DNA from: Auanema rhodensis
Taxonomy: Eukaryota; Animalia; Nematoda
Reading direction: 5' to 3'
DNA length: 64,000 bases
Assembly (NCBI GenBank): GCA_964057225.1
Contig: OZ059899.1
Location: 8,494,001-8,558,000 of the forward strand
Below, piece by piece: positions 38,001 through 53,049 of this stretch. The position numbers and the translations under genes are program-made. The stretch's first letter is position 1. Each line of letters starts with the position of its first letter. The notes beneath the pieces were generated by a model. The model did not search any database. It had not been told where the DNA came from and saw only the letters and a program-made list of their open reading frames with translations.

Positions 38001-41000
38001 ATCAATTGCTGGTGGCTTAGGAAGTACCCCGTATAAGGATGACGATCATGGTCTTTTTGTTTCTAAGGTCGTTCCAGGGGGATCAGCAGATCATGCTGGT
38101 TTGAAAGTTGGAGACAAGTTGATTAGAGTCAATGCCACTGATGTCACGAATGTTAGCCACGATATTGCTGTCAAAGCCATGCAAATAGCCAAAGGGATTG
38201 TTGAACTAACAGTTCTGAGAAATGAAGATGCATCAATTGTTGTTCCTTCACCAGCCCCTAAGGTATTTGTGTTTTTTTTTGATTGCTTCGTAACCCTAAT
38301 AATTTCAGACTCCAGAGCATACTTTAGACATTTCATTTATGTCAGAAATTGCTGATGTTTCCTCACTTAACAAGGAAACAATTAGTGCTACGCTCCGTAG
38401 AGATGCAACTGGCTCTGTTGGTTTTTCTGTTGCTGGGGGAGTAGGATCCGGCAGAGATGGCATATTCATAAGTGCTATAACTCGAGGAGGTGTCGCTGAT
38501 CGTCATGGGAAAATTTTGGTATTTTGAAATAACACATGAACCACTTGATCGTTTATTTTCAGGTTGGAGATAGAGTTCTCACCATCAATGGTACCAAGAT
38601 GACAAATGTACGTCATGACCAAGCGGTTGCTCTTCTCACAGGATCACCTGGAGAAGACGTATATCTTGTTGTTCAAAGAGATAGGAACGTTTCTTCTCCA
38701 ACTATTCCAGTAACTCCTATTAGGACTACTTCGGGACACGCTTCAGCAAATAGTTCAATAAATCAATCTTTCTCACCTATGGTATGATATTTTTAATTTG
38801 CAGTCTTATCATTTTCTTCATTCAGCCACAGGTCCCAGCTGTTGCAAAGTCACCTACTACTTCTGTTCCTGTTAATCAATTAGGTGATACATCTTCTTGG
38901 GATGGGAAAAGTGAAGAAGTCGAACTTCGTCGTGACGGAAAGTCTCTAGGCTTGTCTATTGTCGGAGGATGTGATCATTCTAGTCATCCTTTCGGTGTGA
39001 ATGACCCAGGAGTATTTATTAGTAAAATAGCGGCTAATTCACCTGCTGATAGGTATCATGAAATTTTTTATTTTGAACACAATGTTTTTAAAGATCACTA
39101 AGACTTCGAATTGGCGATCGGATATTGGCAGTGAACAATGTTGATGTTAGTAAAGCTGAACACAAAGTTGCTGTTGAGGTGAACATAATAATAATGTTCA
39201 TATATATCAACAAGTTATTCTTCAGGCTTTACAAACTGCTGGTGTTGTTGTCAGAATTCGAGTAACTCATGATCCACAACCTAGTGGATTAAAAGAAGTT
39301 GTATTAATCCGAAACGGTGCCAATCCTCTTGGTCTATATATTCACGGAGGAGTTCGTGGCCCTGCAGCAAATCCTAATGATTCTTCTGATGAAGGGATAT
39401 TCATGGAAAGGGTTATTAATCCTATATAATGTACAGGTTCTTATTTTGTTTTTTATAGGTTGATCCTGGTTCAACCGCTGAAAAGGCAGGTTTAACAGCA
39501 GGGCATCGTATAATTGAAGTAAATGGAGAGCCTTTACTTGGATGCACACAACAAGATGCTGCTGACATCCTGAAAGGACAGCAAGAGTTACGATTACTTA
39601 TCTGCAATGGCTACAATAAACATGAGCCAAAATCAATCTCGGTGAGTAATGGAATGCGTCATCAGACTTTTATTTCATAGCATATGAGGCGATGAGATCT
39701 ACTGAATCTAGTCCGTATTATAGCTCAATTGTCTTTCTTAGGCCACATTATTTAATAATGGTGCTATAGTCATAATTCATTTTCTTTTTTTGCGGCGACT
39801 GTTGCTTTATTGTCTCAGGTTTCCGTTCTTTTTATAACGAAATCAGTTTGCGATCATTCCCATTATTAGTGTGTGTATCAACACTCAAACATGAGCCTTA
39901 TTTTAACGGTTGTTTCTTATATAGTTTGTTATCGTTGATTATCATCTCTCGAATATGTGATATGTCTATTATGTTTCCAGTGACTTTTCAAGTATGCCTA
40001 ATCTTTTGATAGATGTGTTTATGAAATAATGAATTCTTCACTTAGACAAATCGTTTGTGAACGGGATATTATGATAAGTAAAATTAACTTTACTCACCAC
40101 GTAGCACTACTAATCAGAGCACTACCACCTTCTGCTTACTGTTTGTTGTAACATATGTCCACACGCAGTTGGTAGCCTAATGTGTCTGTGATGTTGTGCT
40201 GCTTGGCTTCCGCTTTTCCCGTTCTCCGATTTTTTTTGTTAAGAGAAATTTTAAGTTGACTTAGATGCATGTGATATTGTTTCCCTATTAAAATTGTCTT
40301 ACCTCTTGAAACTTATGTATTGATTACTAACGAGTAACTTTCTGCATGACGACTTCTCATTTAGTTTCTATCTTTCTTGAAATATTATATGTTGTGAATC
40401 GAAATTTTCAACGCAAGTTGAAGGAGAAGTATTGTGCATGAAGGAGAAAGTTTTTGAAAACTGCTCAACGTTTTATCATCGCATCTATATACCCAGAAGG
40501 CTATGTATTTTTTGTTCTGCTGAATATTGTATGCTTTTACAGAATCCATCTATATATTCTTCCGGAGTCGATGAGAACGGAATATCCTCGCCTGTACGTC
40601 CGCTTTCACCATCTAATAATAATACTAACGGAACTGATGAAGTTGAAGACGAGAGGTCTCCAACCGAATCCCCTACTGTTTCTGCACCGAAAGTTCCCGT
40701 GCTCCCGGTTTGTGACCCTACTGCTTGCCTTTTAATATTTTCTCGTCTTACAGCAACTAAAGAAGGTACCTCCTCCAGTACCCCCTAAGCCAACATTACG
40801 TGTTTCTCAGGTAGCTATTTATTTATTCAGCTTTTGCTTGTTTTTCAACACGCCCAATATTTTGTTTGATTATGCTTTGAACAATAAGTATCTTTCAGAG
40901 TCAGAATATGTCTTTAAACGGAGCTGCTAACAATTCACAACCTGAAACATTGAGCTTCTCCAATAAACTCAAACGTTTTGAACAAGAAATTGAAATTAAG

Positions 41001-41051
41001 AAACTCGAATCGCTACAAAGCGCTGTATTTGATCCTCCAGGAAACTGCTGA
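35051..41051 (+). CDS. let-413: LAP-family polarity protein LET-413/Scribble: LRRs, LAP-specific region, four PDZ domains, C-terminal tail
   Basis: MPFCMPITCNRQIDSLDRRQ; LRRs; VLTCYLLPQQ; PDZ loops GLGLSIAGG (~37935), SVGFSVAGG (~38415), SLGLSIVGGCDHSSHPFG (~38942), PLGLYIHGG (~39325); tail PETLSFSNKLKRFEQE...PPGNC*. Confidence 0.95.
35241..36777 (+). repeat. Near-identical ~1.54 kb direct repeat, copy 2 (matches 25477-27013)
   Basis: Same sequence including introns; identical shadow ORFs at 26404/36168 in the ORF track. Confidence 0.95.
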
Positions 41052-41494
41052 AAGTAATCCATAATAAGATGCATTAATGTATAAGCCTCTGTAAGTAGAA
41101 GTTCCCGAAAATTCTCTGATTAACGTTTGAACAAAATTTATAATAATTGGTTTAAAATAGGCCAAAATGCATGTCTTACATGCGAACTTAAAATTCGTAA
41201 CATTGTACACTACATCTAGTAATCATAATCAAACTCCTTTTATAATTTTTTATCTTTCTACTCTTGAATTTGTCAAACGGTGTCACTTGGTTGTTATTTA
41301 TTTAATTAGTTTTACCCTTCATATGTTACGAGTAGTTTGTTAAAACTATAGATGTTGTATACTCATTTAATGATGCTCTATTTACAATCCGATGATAATA
41401 AACACTTTTTCATATTAGTGTTCATTAATTGAAGGTTATTTCTTCGGTTGTACTGTTCGTTTCAAAGGTTTTTTCATAAATACATTTTTCGTAG

Positions 41495-42637
41495 ATGTTA
41501 TTCATTGCTCGCCGGTTTTGCTCAACTAGCTCTAGTTTTTTGAAAAAAGAAATATATCAGGTGCTTACAAATGCTATCGGTATATTATGCTTCCGAGTTT
41601 ATAGGGTAATAGCGTAGTTCGTTTTATATTGAACGATGAAAAAAGAAATGCTCTTTCATTGGGTATGATTGAAGAACTTCATTCTGAACTCAAGGGAATT
41701 AACAGAATCAAAAAAGTTTGTTCCATATTAAAGAGATTTCTCAATTTCTCAATTCTAGTTAAGATCTGTGATTATTGCCTCAGAAGGGCCTGCATTCTCG
41801 TCAGGACATGATCTTAAAGAATTGGTTAGTAAAATAATATGCGGGATAGCCCCACTCAGCTTGTAAACGATTGTTAATTTTAGAAACACGATCAAGGGTC
41901 TGATACACATTTAAAAATCTTTGATCAATGTGCCCAGCTAGTACAGTTCATTCAAGCCATGCAAGTTCCTGTAATCGCTGAAGTAAGCTCTTTTTGAAAT
42001 ATGTTTGCATAATTATGCATTTTGAAGGTTCGAGGTGTTGCTGCTGCTGCAGGCTGCCAATTAGTTGCGAGTTGTGATATTGTAGTAGCCGCAGATACAG
42101 CGAAGTTTTTGGTTCCAGGGTAATGAAAATAAAATAACTAATTTATTTATTCAATTTAGTCAAAAAGTAGGTCTGTTCTGTTCTACTCCAGGAATAGCTT
42201 TAACGAGAGCAGTACCTCGAAAAATCGCTCTAGATATGCTTCTTACAGGCAGGGCTCTTACCGCTCAAGGTAATTTAAATATTTTTGTGGAAGTGGAATC
42301 GCATATTACAGAAGCACAACAATGTGGTTTGGTTTCAAGAGTAGTCCCGGAAGATGATCTTCGATTTGAATCACTGCGCATCGCAGAGCAAATTGGAGAG
42401 TTCAGCAGATCAGTGACCTGTTTAGGAAAAACCTTTTTCCATATGCAAGCAGAAATGACAACATCAGAGGCATATAGGTGAATCATCCCTCTTACTTTTT
42501 ACTTTTTCATTTTAAGGTATGGATCTAAAATAATGGTTGGAAATTTGAAATTACAAGATGCTCAAGAGGGAATTACAGCCTTTGTTGAAAAAAGAAAGCC
42601 TGAATTCATTCATACCGACGAAAAGTTTAATGAGTAG
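41495..42637 (+). CDS. ECHDC3: Mitochondrial enoyl-CoA hydratase domain-containing protein 3
   Basis: MLFIARRFCSTSSS presequence; KRNALSLGM, AFSSGHDLKEL, VPVIAEV, AAAAGCQLVASCD, VGLFCSTPGIAL, DAQEGITAFVEKRKP. Confidence 0.92.
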
Positions 42638-42769
42638 AGCTGGAAATACAAATTGTTGAAAGATCAAATAAATTGAGTATAATGGGCTTGTTGAAAGATC
42701 AAATAATTGAGTATAGCAGTTTCCTGGAGGATCAAATACAGTGAACATGTTAAAATTCTGTGGTCCAAA

Positions 42770-44596
42770 TCATGCAGCTTCTCGGTTTTCGTAATCTACA
42801 AACTGCCTGGCATCTATCATTATACCTAAGATCAAGTTAGCTTGTCGTGAATTCATTAGGTCATAGAAAGTAATCCTGCAGATAATAAATGTTAATTTGT
42901 TAAATAAAATAAATCAAACCTATCAGCTTTCGTTGGGTGAACCATGTCATAAATTTCATCAGTGAGACTTTCTTCATCAACGTCATCGATAAAATTAAGT
43001 TTTTTTGCATTTTCGATATTGTTATACACCTAAATACGAGTTCTAGAGTTTTCTTTTATAGGAAAGCAAATTACAATAGTGAGAATATCCTCACGGTTAA
43101 GATAACCTTTACCATCTTGATCCAAACAATTGAATACAAACCGTACAGAAGATTTTTCCTGCAAAAAATTGAATACCACCTTTCTACGAATTCTATATTC
43201 CATGACTTACAGTGATGGAAACTTCATTAGGAAATACGGATGATATATATCTTACTGCACGCAGAGCAGTTACAAAAAGCTGTAAAAATAGGTAAATAAG
43301 AAATTGTAAAGAATATGTACATGAAAGTCAAGAGCTTTCTGAGTGCTTCCATTAGAATCAGGCTCTGTTTCATAGGCACTAGAAGTTCGAAAAATACCAC
43401 GAATAAAGACAGGATTAAAAATTCCACTGAAAAAATTCAGATGTAAAATAAAAATGTAGGCTTCATTCAACCCAAACATTCGGGAGGTATCAGAAACCCG
43501 TAATAATCCTTGGCGGCTGATATCGCAGAATCGGTATTCTTTTAAAATCTTGGAGAAGTTTTGATAAGAGAACCTAGAAAATACATTAGTTTCAACAAAC
43601 GAGGGACATAAAACCAACCAATTCATCAAAGGATTCACATGCATGGAATCAGCATTACTAACATCGGCAGCCAAGCACGCTTCATCCATCAAATTTGAAA
43701 GCAAAAGATCCTTAAATAAATAATACACACTGCAGTGAATGCTTTAAGCGTACCACAATTCTGATATTATCTTTATTTCCAAAATATGCCATAATACCTG
43801 CTCGTATAATGACATCATAGCACTTTTTTTCCATGTCCTAAAAAAATAATAGGAGGAAAATATAATACCAACATACCGAAGCGGAACTGAGAAAAGCCAT
43901 TTTGTCAGTTATTAACTGATCTGCAAGCTCGTACAGTCTCTGAAACACTAACGACTAATTATAATAAACTGTCAATGAGAAACTTCAATGTTTATTTCAT
44001 CAACATCTGCTGCAAAGTTGATTAAAGATGTTCGCTGAGTGCACTTCATTTGATACCATTGGAGGAAACAAGCTAGAAATATAACAGAATTTAATTAAGA
44101 TAAAGAAAATCTATCATACATATACGATCGCACGAAAACAATCCTTTATCATCATTATTATAAGTGAAACCCCTCGAAAATTCGAAAGGATGTGACACAA
44201 TGAATTTTAATGCTCTTCTTAATCCTTTAGAGGAAGTTGGAACTATTTTCTTTAAAAATTTCTTTAAAAACTAATGTTTTTTATTAATACCGTAAGTTCT
44301 TGAAGACTGATACATCTTTGTCCATCCTTTTTGATTTTTTTTTCGAACTCCTGTACTTCACATTGAATATGATGTGAACAAAAATAATAATTTTACCATA
44401 ATCTCTTGACTAGAGAAAATTTCTTCATTCCTTGAGACATCAAGAACAGCAGTCTCATAAGCAAATGAACTGCATCCTAATTTACTTTTTAGTGTAAGTG
44501 ATTCAAGTCGTCCACAATCCAAGTTCTAAATGATAAAATAAATCCGGCCTATCGTTAGTGAAATCCTACACCACAAGAACGTCGACCAATGTCCAT
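42770..44596 (-). CDS. rsa-1: PP2A regulatory B'' subunit, PPP2R3C/RSA-1-like
   Basis: EF-hand FNCLDQDGKGYLNREDI; C-terminus DEIYDMVHP...ITFYDLMNSRQANLILGIMIDARQFVDYENREAA* matches the recalled PPP2R3C end. Start MDIGRRSCG at 44596; some internal exons not fully resolved. Confidence 0.82.
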
Positions 44597-44749
44597 TTTT
44601 AGCTTAATAACAGTAATAAAATGAAAGCATTAAAATTTTATGTTTAGAAAATTATGTTTGGATTAAGAACCTCGAAAAACTTAATACTATTAGGTTTAGT
44701 AGAATATATTTCACTGTACAAAAATAAAACATCTTTGTTAAAACGCTAT

Positions 44750-47557
44750 TTAGAGAAAATCTTTTTTATCCTCCTTTTCTTCTACTATGCCGGACCAGTA
44801 AATTAATCCATCAAATTCATTATAGTTTGAATGCTCAGAATCCACGAAAGTAAGCAAAGACGGTAGGTTATCTAGATCAAAGCCATAATAATAGAACTGT
44901 CGGAAATAACATACGTTCATCCATGTACTTGTTAAAATCATGATAATCCGTATTTCCTTGAAGACTCATTAACCAGGAATTAAAAATTTTAACCCTATCT
45001 GTTTCAAGAAATCGTTTGCGAGCGAACAAAAAGTCCTCAACTATTGTCTGCAATTACAGTTATTGCTTTCAATAATCCACACAGTTATTTACCAGATTAC
45101 TCTCTTCAAATAATTGCATTTGCATACTCAAGCCTGAAAAAACTTGATCCATGGCAGAACCACCAACATCTATGGCTTTTTGAATCATTTTGAAGAGCTT
45201 ACTTTGTGATTTAGACTCGCTCTGAAGAAAACCATGAAATTTATCTTAAATCTGAAAGAAACCTTGATAGTTTGAATAACAGTTTGAGCATCGCCAACTG
45301 AGTTCGGTTCTTCCTCCTTAATGTCTATTCCCTTTAAATGTGACCTGAAAAAATAACAAGTAATTTCAAGTAACTAATAAAATATATACTTTGAGTCAGG
45401 TACAATCTCTTTCGTTGTTCTCTTTGCCTTGATGATGGGCCTAATATTGAAACCACTTCTACATTCAGTATCCACGAAAGCTTCAAATACAGGCCTAAAA
45501 AACTAGATCCATGATTAAAATATTAAACAAATTATCCTACTTTGCTTTTTCAAGAAGTGAAGCATTGGGCTGTAGATGCATGTTCAGAAAAGCAGAGGGA
45601 GGAATTTCCTGTATATCTATAACAATCACACATTAAATTACAGAAAATTTTACTTACCTGATGCTTGAGCAAGAGCCTTCATTTTCCAAGTGGCACACTC
45701 ACGTTGAAAATATGGATTGGGAATATTTCTGTTATTAAAACCGCTATAAAAAAACAATTTCGAACTTCGAAAAAAAAATAATACTACGTTTGGGTAACAT
45801 CCATGGCGTCAATAAGTTCATCTATTAATTGTAACTGAGCATCTACAAAAGAAAAAATTAGCACTGAAAATGAAAAAAGCTAAACTATTCGGTGTATCAG
45901 CAGTATTTTCAAAGGTTTGGAGTGTGTACGATCTCCAATCATCAAAAAATGGAATACGATTAGCAATCATGTACTAGAAACAATAAAGATGAAATAAACT
46001 GTCTAAAAACCAACCAATCGACCGTTTTCGTCTTTTCGGGGCACCAAAGCCATAAGATGCACATGTTTTGAAGCATCTGCTGCATATCTGCATATAGCTA
46101 CAGTATTTTCCTGTAGCATTCCTTCAATCAAAGAAAGAGTTGTCTTCATTAAATGCTAGAATATACATTCATAAGAACATTTAGCCATCTTCATACCAGA
46201 TCTTTATTAGCGGTTTTTTTGTCCCAACCGGGAACCACTATGTAAGAGTTTGAGCCAATAAGATAACTAGGCAGAATCTGAAAAATAAGATAACTAAAAT
46301 AATGAAAAACAAATTATTACATTGCTTCTTGCGGTAAATTGGATCAATTTCATACATCCTCGTTCCTCATTTTCATTGTAATTATGATTTTTGTATATTT
46401 CTTTTTCAATTTCTTGGTCTATAACAACTTTTGACCTTCCAAAAGGATATCCTGAAAGTTTAAATAAGATTATATTCTAATTTTTTCCCTGAAATACCAA
46501 AGACTGCTTCTGATTTATCTACTTCCGTTTGTTGCAACTGCATAGTATATGTAGTTTGTCTTTTGAGCTACAAGGTTATTTAGGTGAATAATAAATCGGA
46601 CGAAAACCTCGATTCCCTGCTCATCAACAATAACTCGTTTAAGTGGGTTTTTGGCAGAAGTAGTTTTTATATACATCGAAAGAGGAAGTTTAACACCAGG
46701 AACAATCTCCCAATTCTTTTTAATTGCCCTAGGGGAAGTTTTGGGTTGACTAAATTGATTAAGAACCTTCCCCGCACCTCTAAAATTTCATTTAGAAAAT
46801 AATTGTATTCGTATAACAAACTGAAAACTATAGCTTGTTCCATCCACTCGGTTCACAAAACTTCTTACAGCATTCATTCCCTCAGAGCTATCACCTTCAT
46901 CATCGCCACTAAATTAAAACTAAATAATCTAACAAAACTATGAAACGCTTACATATATACTAATGCTATCCCAAGCTTATTTATTGTTTCACCAATGTGA
47001 TTAAGTTGTTCTTGCTGGACGTTAGTTAACTTTGAACAATTTTTACTAATTAAAATAATAGATTTTCCCTCTACAGCCGGATCCTCATTCGTTTGTTCAG
47101 TTAGATTGCTTAAAGCAGTTAGCAATCCATCAACAACTAAAAATATTAAAGTGAATATGCAAATGAAGTAGGCGTAATACCTGATGATTCATTTTGCTGT
47201 AAAGTTGCTTCTTTTATAAGAAACTTTAAATGATCGAATTGGGCTGTTCTAAAAATTTCATCATAAAGAGACACATGAGGAGAGTCAGAATTCATGTTGT
47301 GTTCGGTACCAATAAGAGTGATGTTAATCTTGTCCTTCGAATTAGTAAAAATCTGAACAAAAAAACGTTTCTGATAACATGTGCTTTCACACCTTTCTGG
47401 ATATGATCCAGTCTGCTATTTCTTTTCCAAGTTCGAACGATTTTACACCAAGTGTTTCTTCTTGTGCCATCGAAACACCACAATCCAAAACAATCATCAT
47501 GGTATCATATTTATCTTTTTTATACACTTTTGTAGACTTTCTATCCTCTTCACTCAT
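44750..47557 (-). CDS. cku-80: Ku80 non-homologous end-joining subunit
   Basis: vWA start MIVLDCGVSM...DWIISRK; KGYPFG; RIPFFDDWRSY; QLQLIDELIDAMD...NIPNPYFQR; C-terminal LLTFVDSEHS...KKDFL*. Confidence 0.9.
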
Positions 47558-47852
47558 GATCTATAATATATGCAAACTTACAGTGTTGTAATTATGATAA
47601 CTAATAGAATAATCGTGAAACGAGAATACAATTAATACTACTGTAACAAAAAATAGTTTTGTTTATATATTGTAGTGATACAGTAGAAAAATTCACCTAT
47701 TTTAGTCCAATTTCAAATTCAAATAAATGCCGTTTCATGAAAAATATAGCATGACCGCCTCGCATTCACAGAAGGAAAATTCTACTGTGCCTCTGTCCTC
47801 ACTAAAGTTCTAACTTGGAAGCCTCTAAATCTATTGATTCATATTCTACAAG

Positions 47853-48270
47853 ATGTCTGCATCGAATAATACTGAAAATTCTTCTACGACTCAAACAGTA
47901 GTTCAAGTAAGTTACAGCATGAACAACTTGAATTAATATTTACTTGCAGACCGAGAATGATTTGGTTTTACGCCTGTCAGCTCAGCCAGATACTTCTGAA
48001 AGACCACATGTAACATGGACTACTGACACAGGCAAGCATTTCATATAATTTCTTTAAATTATATCATTATTTAGTGGATAATGAATTTGCAAATAAGAAG
48101 AAGAGTAAATGTTGTTGCATTTATAAGAAACCAAAAAATTGGCAAGATAGCAGCAGTGATTCGGATTCAGTTCGTCTAGGTTTTCGAATGTGCCATTCAA
48201 ATGTAATTTTTAGGATTGTGAGACAGGTCATTGTAGAGGACATGTTGAAAAGAAGCACAATTCCGAATAA
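47853..48270 (+). CDS. PPP1R11: Protein phosphatase 1 inhibitor-3 (PPP1R11/Ypi1 family)
   Basis: LVLRL...PHVTWTTDT|VDNEFANKKKSKCCCIYKKP...SSSDSDS|DCETGHC. The second intron (48032-48074) has a GC donor. Confidence 0.93.
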
Positions 48271-48402
48271 TATTCTTACAAAAACTGGTTATTATTTAAT
48301 TTATTGCGTGTGTAGTATATTCCTTTGCCTTTAAAATTGTTATACTAAGACATGAACCTTTATTATTTATTTGGTTATGGTTTTTTTATACATTAATGAA
48401 AA

Positions 48403-49170
48403 TTAATTACGCATTGCTGGAGTACTGCATCGAGAACTAAATGAATCGGGAGAACCACCCCTTCTCTTTTTTCTTGTACTCGGCATTGATATAACACTCT
48501 CTTCCTGAGAAAAAAAATAAAAATATGAGTAACGAGGTAATTATTACCTTTTTTCTTAGTAATTCTGAAAATTCGCCTGCTGGTAGATAAAACTCATCTT
48601 GCAATTCTATTCGTTCTGGTATATATTCATTATGCTCAATAATTTTAAGATCCCATAATTCTTTAACCTTTTCCATAATCTTAAAAAATCATTATTCACT
48701 GTAGGCTTATAATTTAAACTACCTGTTCAGCTGAAGGTCTAATTCGATATTTTGGTCGGAAAACTAAAACACTTCCGGGCTCAGGACTTTCCCTTCTTTT
48801 TTTGAGTTTTTCAAAATCTTCAGGACAAAGTAACTCTTCGAAATCTGCATTTTCATCTTCATATATATTGTTCATAAAATCCACTAAAGTCATCAGATTG
48901 AACTCTTTACATATTCCTAAGCAGAAAAAAATTATGGAAAATCCAAAATTATTCCACCTGCTGGTTTATGTTCAATAATTTTGCTGAAAAGACGGCATTC
49001 CGATAATTCGCACCATGTGGGAGTTACATCTGCCCAAAGTCGTGTAGTTGAAGCCTTTATAGCAGGTTCAAAGAAAGTTTTTTGAATATCTTCTTCAGTT
49101 TTTTTACTATAATTTGGAAAATTTGTTACGATGAAAATGAAATGACCAAGCCTTACGTTTTAACTCTCAT
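48403..49170 (-). CDS. MRGBP: MRG-binding protein / EAF7 family (NuA4/TINTIN subunit)
   Basis: WCELSECRLFSKIIEHKPAGICKEFNL, IMEKVKELWDLKII, EFYLP; basic tail STRKKRRGGSP...AMRN*. Confidence 0.8.
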
Positions 49171-49812
49171 AACTAACTATAAGATAGAAGAAGTAAATTA
49201 AGAAGGGTCCAATGATACAGCGAAACTATTAAATAAAATTTATTAAGAAAAAAAATGGAAAACTATAAATTCACAAAACAAAGAACACGTGAAAATTTCA
49301 CTTAATTACATAATATTTTTTTAAAATATTTGTATAGTTAACGGCAGAATAGTAAAGCAGTTTTAAGCTATGTATTATTTCAAATAGTTATTAGCATTTT
49401 CTAAACCAGGAACACTGCGCCAAGCTCTAATCCTGACGCAGATATAGTGTATGTCCGTATTTAGTGTTTTTTTCATAGAAATCGGTTAGATCAAAAGATT
49501 ATATTAGAGTGACCTTTACAAATATTTAAAATATTAATTTATAATGTTTATTTATGTAATATTCTGTTCTTATGACTGTAGAATTAACACTTTTGTTCAT
49601 GTTGAAGTTGTGTATTAGCATGTTGTTATTGTATCATACGCTATTCAATTTTTCTTTGACATTAAGTCTTATAACTAAGCTTTCTTGAATAGTTTAAGTT
49701 TCTTTTGTTTCACTTTTATTCATTTTCGTTCCTATTCTTCCACTAAATTAATCAAAACAAATACAAATTGCAAAACTGTATGGTTTATTCCAGAGCTGGA
49801 ATATCTCTTTGA

Positions 49813-51754
<1,942 letters not shown>

Positions 51755-53049
51755 ACCTGAATCAGCAGGGCTGGGAATATTTTCTTTAAATCCTCTCAAC
51801 GTTGAGCAAAACGCAATACTAGTATGGGTACTTGTATCAATATTAACTTTTTTTCACGCATCTTGTACACTTTTAACTAATGTGCCATATTTATTTTTTT
51901 TTAATAAATACAATAAACTTTTGCAGACGAACCTAAGAGATTTTTATTTGCACAATGACATCTGGGTGTCTTCTAGAAAAGAATGTAGTCGCAGAAAAAT
52001 TCGATTATTTGCGAAAACATTTTGGTTTTCCCGATTTTCGTTTATAATGATCAATGTTGCTCTTTTCGTTTTGATGATTTGTCTTCTTGCTAGGATTATT
52101 CACATCGTCTATTGTCAAATACAAAAGTGGAATGTTTCTTTCTTTTTCTATCTGTGTTTCTAACTTTATATAGTTTATATGGCTAGTTAATTAAGTTTTT
52201 GCCATAACCTAGTCCACTAAAATTGGAACTTGGAAAGGAAAAAGTAGTTCAGTAGCCTGGTTGGCCTTCCCCTGTTCTCCCTTTTCTCTTCTCTTTACAT
52301 CAACGTATTGATGTTTTTTTCTACATTTAACTAAGCAGAATTCTATTTGCAATATCTGGTAATATCTTAATAATTTTAAAAAATATCGTTTTAACTAAAA
52401 AGTTCATCCTATATCTCAAGCTTCATTTTTCGAAAAAAAATTCCAATTTTCTGGTTTCTATAAGTAGTTTTTCAAGTTTAATTTCATCGCATTCAGTGAT
52501 TCATTATTAAATCAATTCTCTATCAATGATATAATACAATGATGTGCTTTTTCGTTTAAAATGGATGTCGCGTGTTACAGAAAGGCGATGTTTCGCAATT
52601 TCCCCTTTTACCCCCACCCCAATACGGATTATCTTCTTTTTTTCGTAAAAAGCTTTCTTTGAGGTTTAGAAATGAGTGTTTATATTTTTTTGACAAAAAC
52701 TGTGGTTTTTCAGAAAAAAAAACAGTACAATTTTCAATTTTCAATATGGTGTTCTTTCAATTAATAGAAAACGTTAAGCATCTAGACATGATTGGTGGCG
52801 TTATTTCTTTTCTTTGATTTAGCTTATGTCACTAACATACGAGACAGCTGTTTCAATACGACAGTCTTTCAACTTGTCCTATCAACTTTGACGAGAAAGC
52901 CATTATATTGAAACAGTGTTTCTTTATAATAATAAATGACTATTACATACAATGATTTTTAAATTATTTGAAAATAAATTATTGATTTACTTTTTTTACT
53001 TTTTTCACACGTTTTTCCTCGTTTTCATTACTTTAGGTTTCTTACGAAG

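Noticed and set aside
44400-44420. Apparent in-frame TAG in rsa-1 exon 2
   Set aside because: Recounting shows the frame reads EEIFSSQEIM; the TAG is out of frame.
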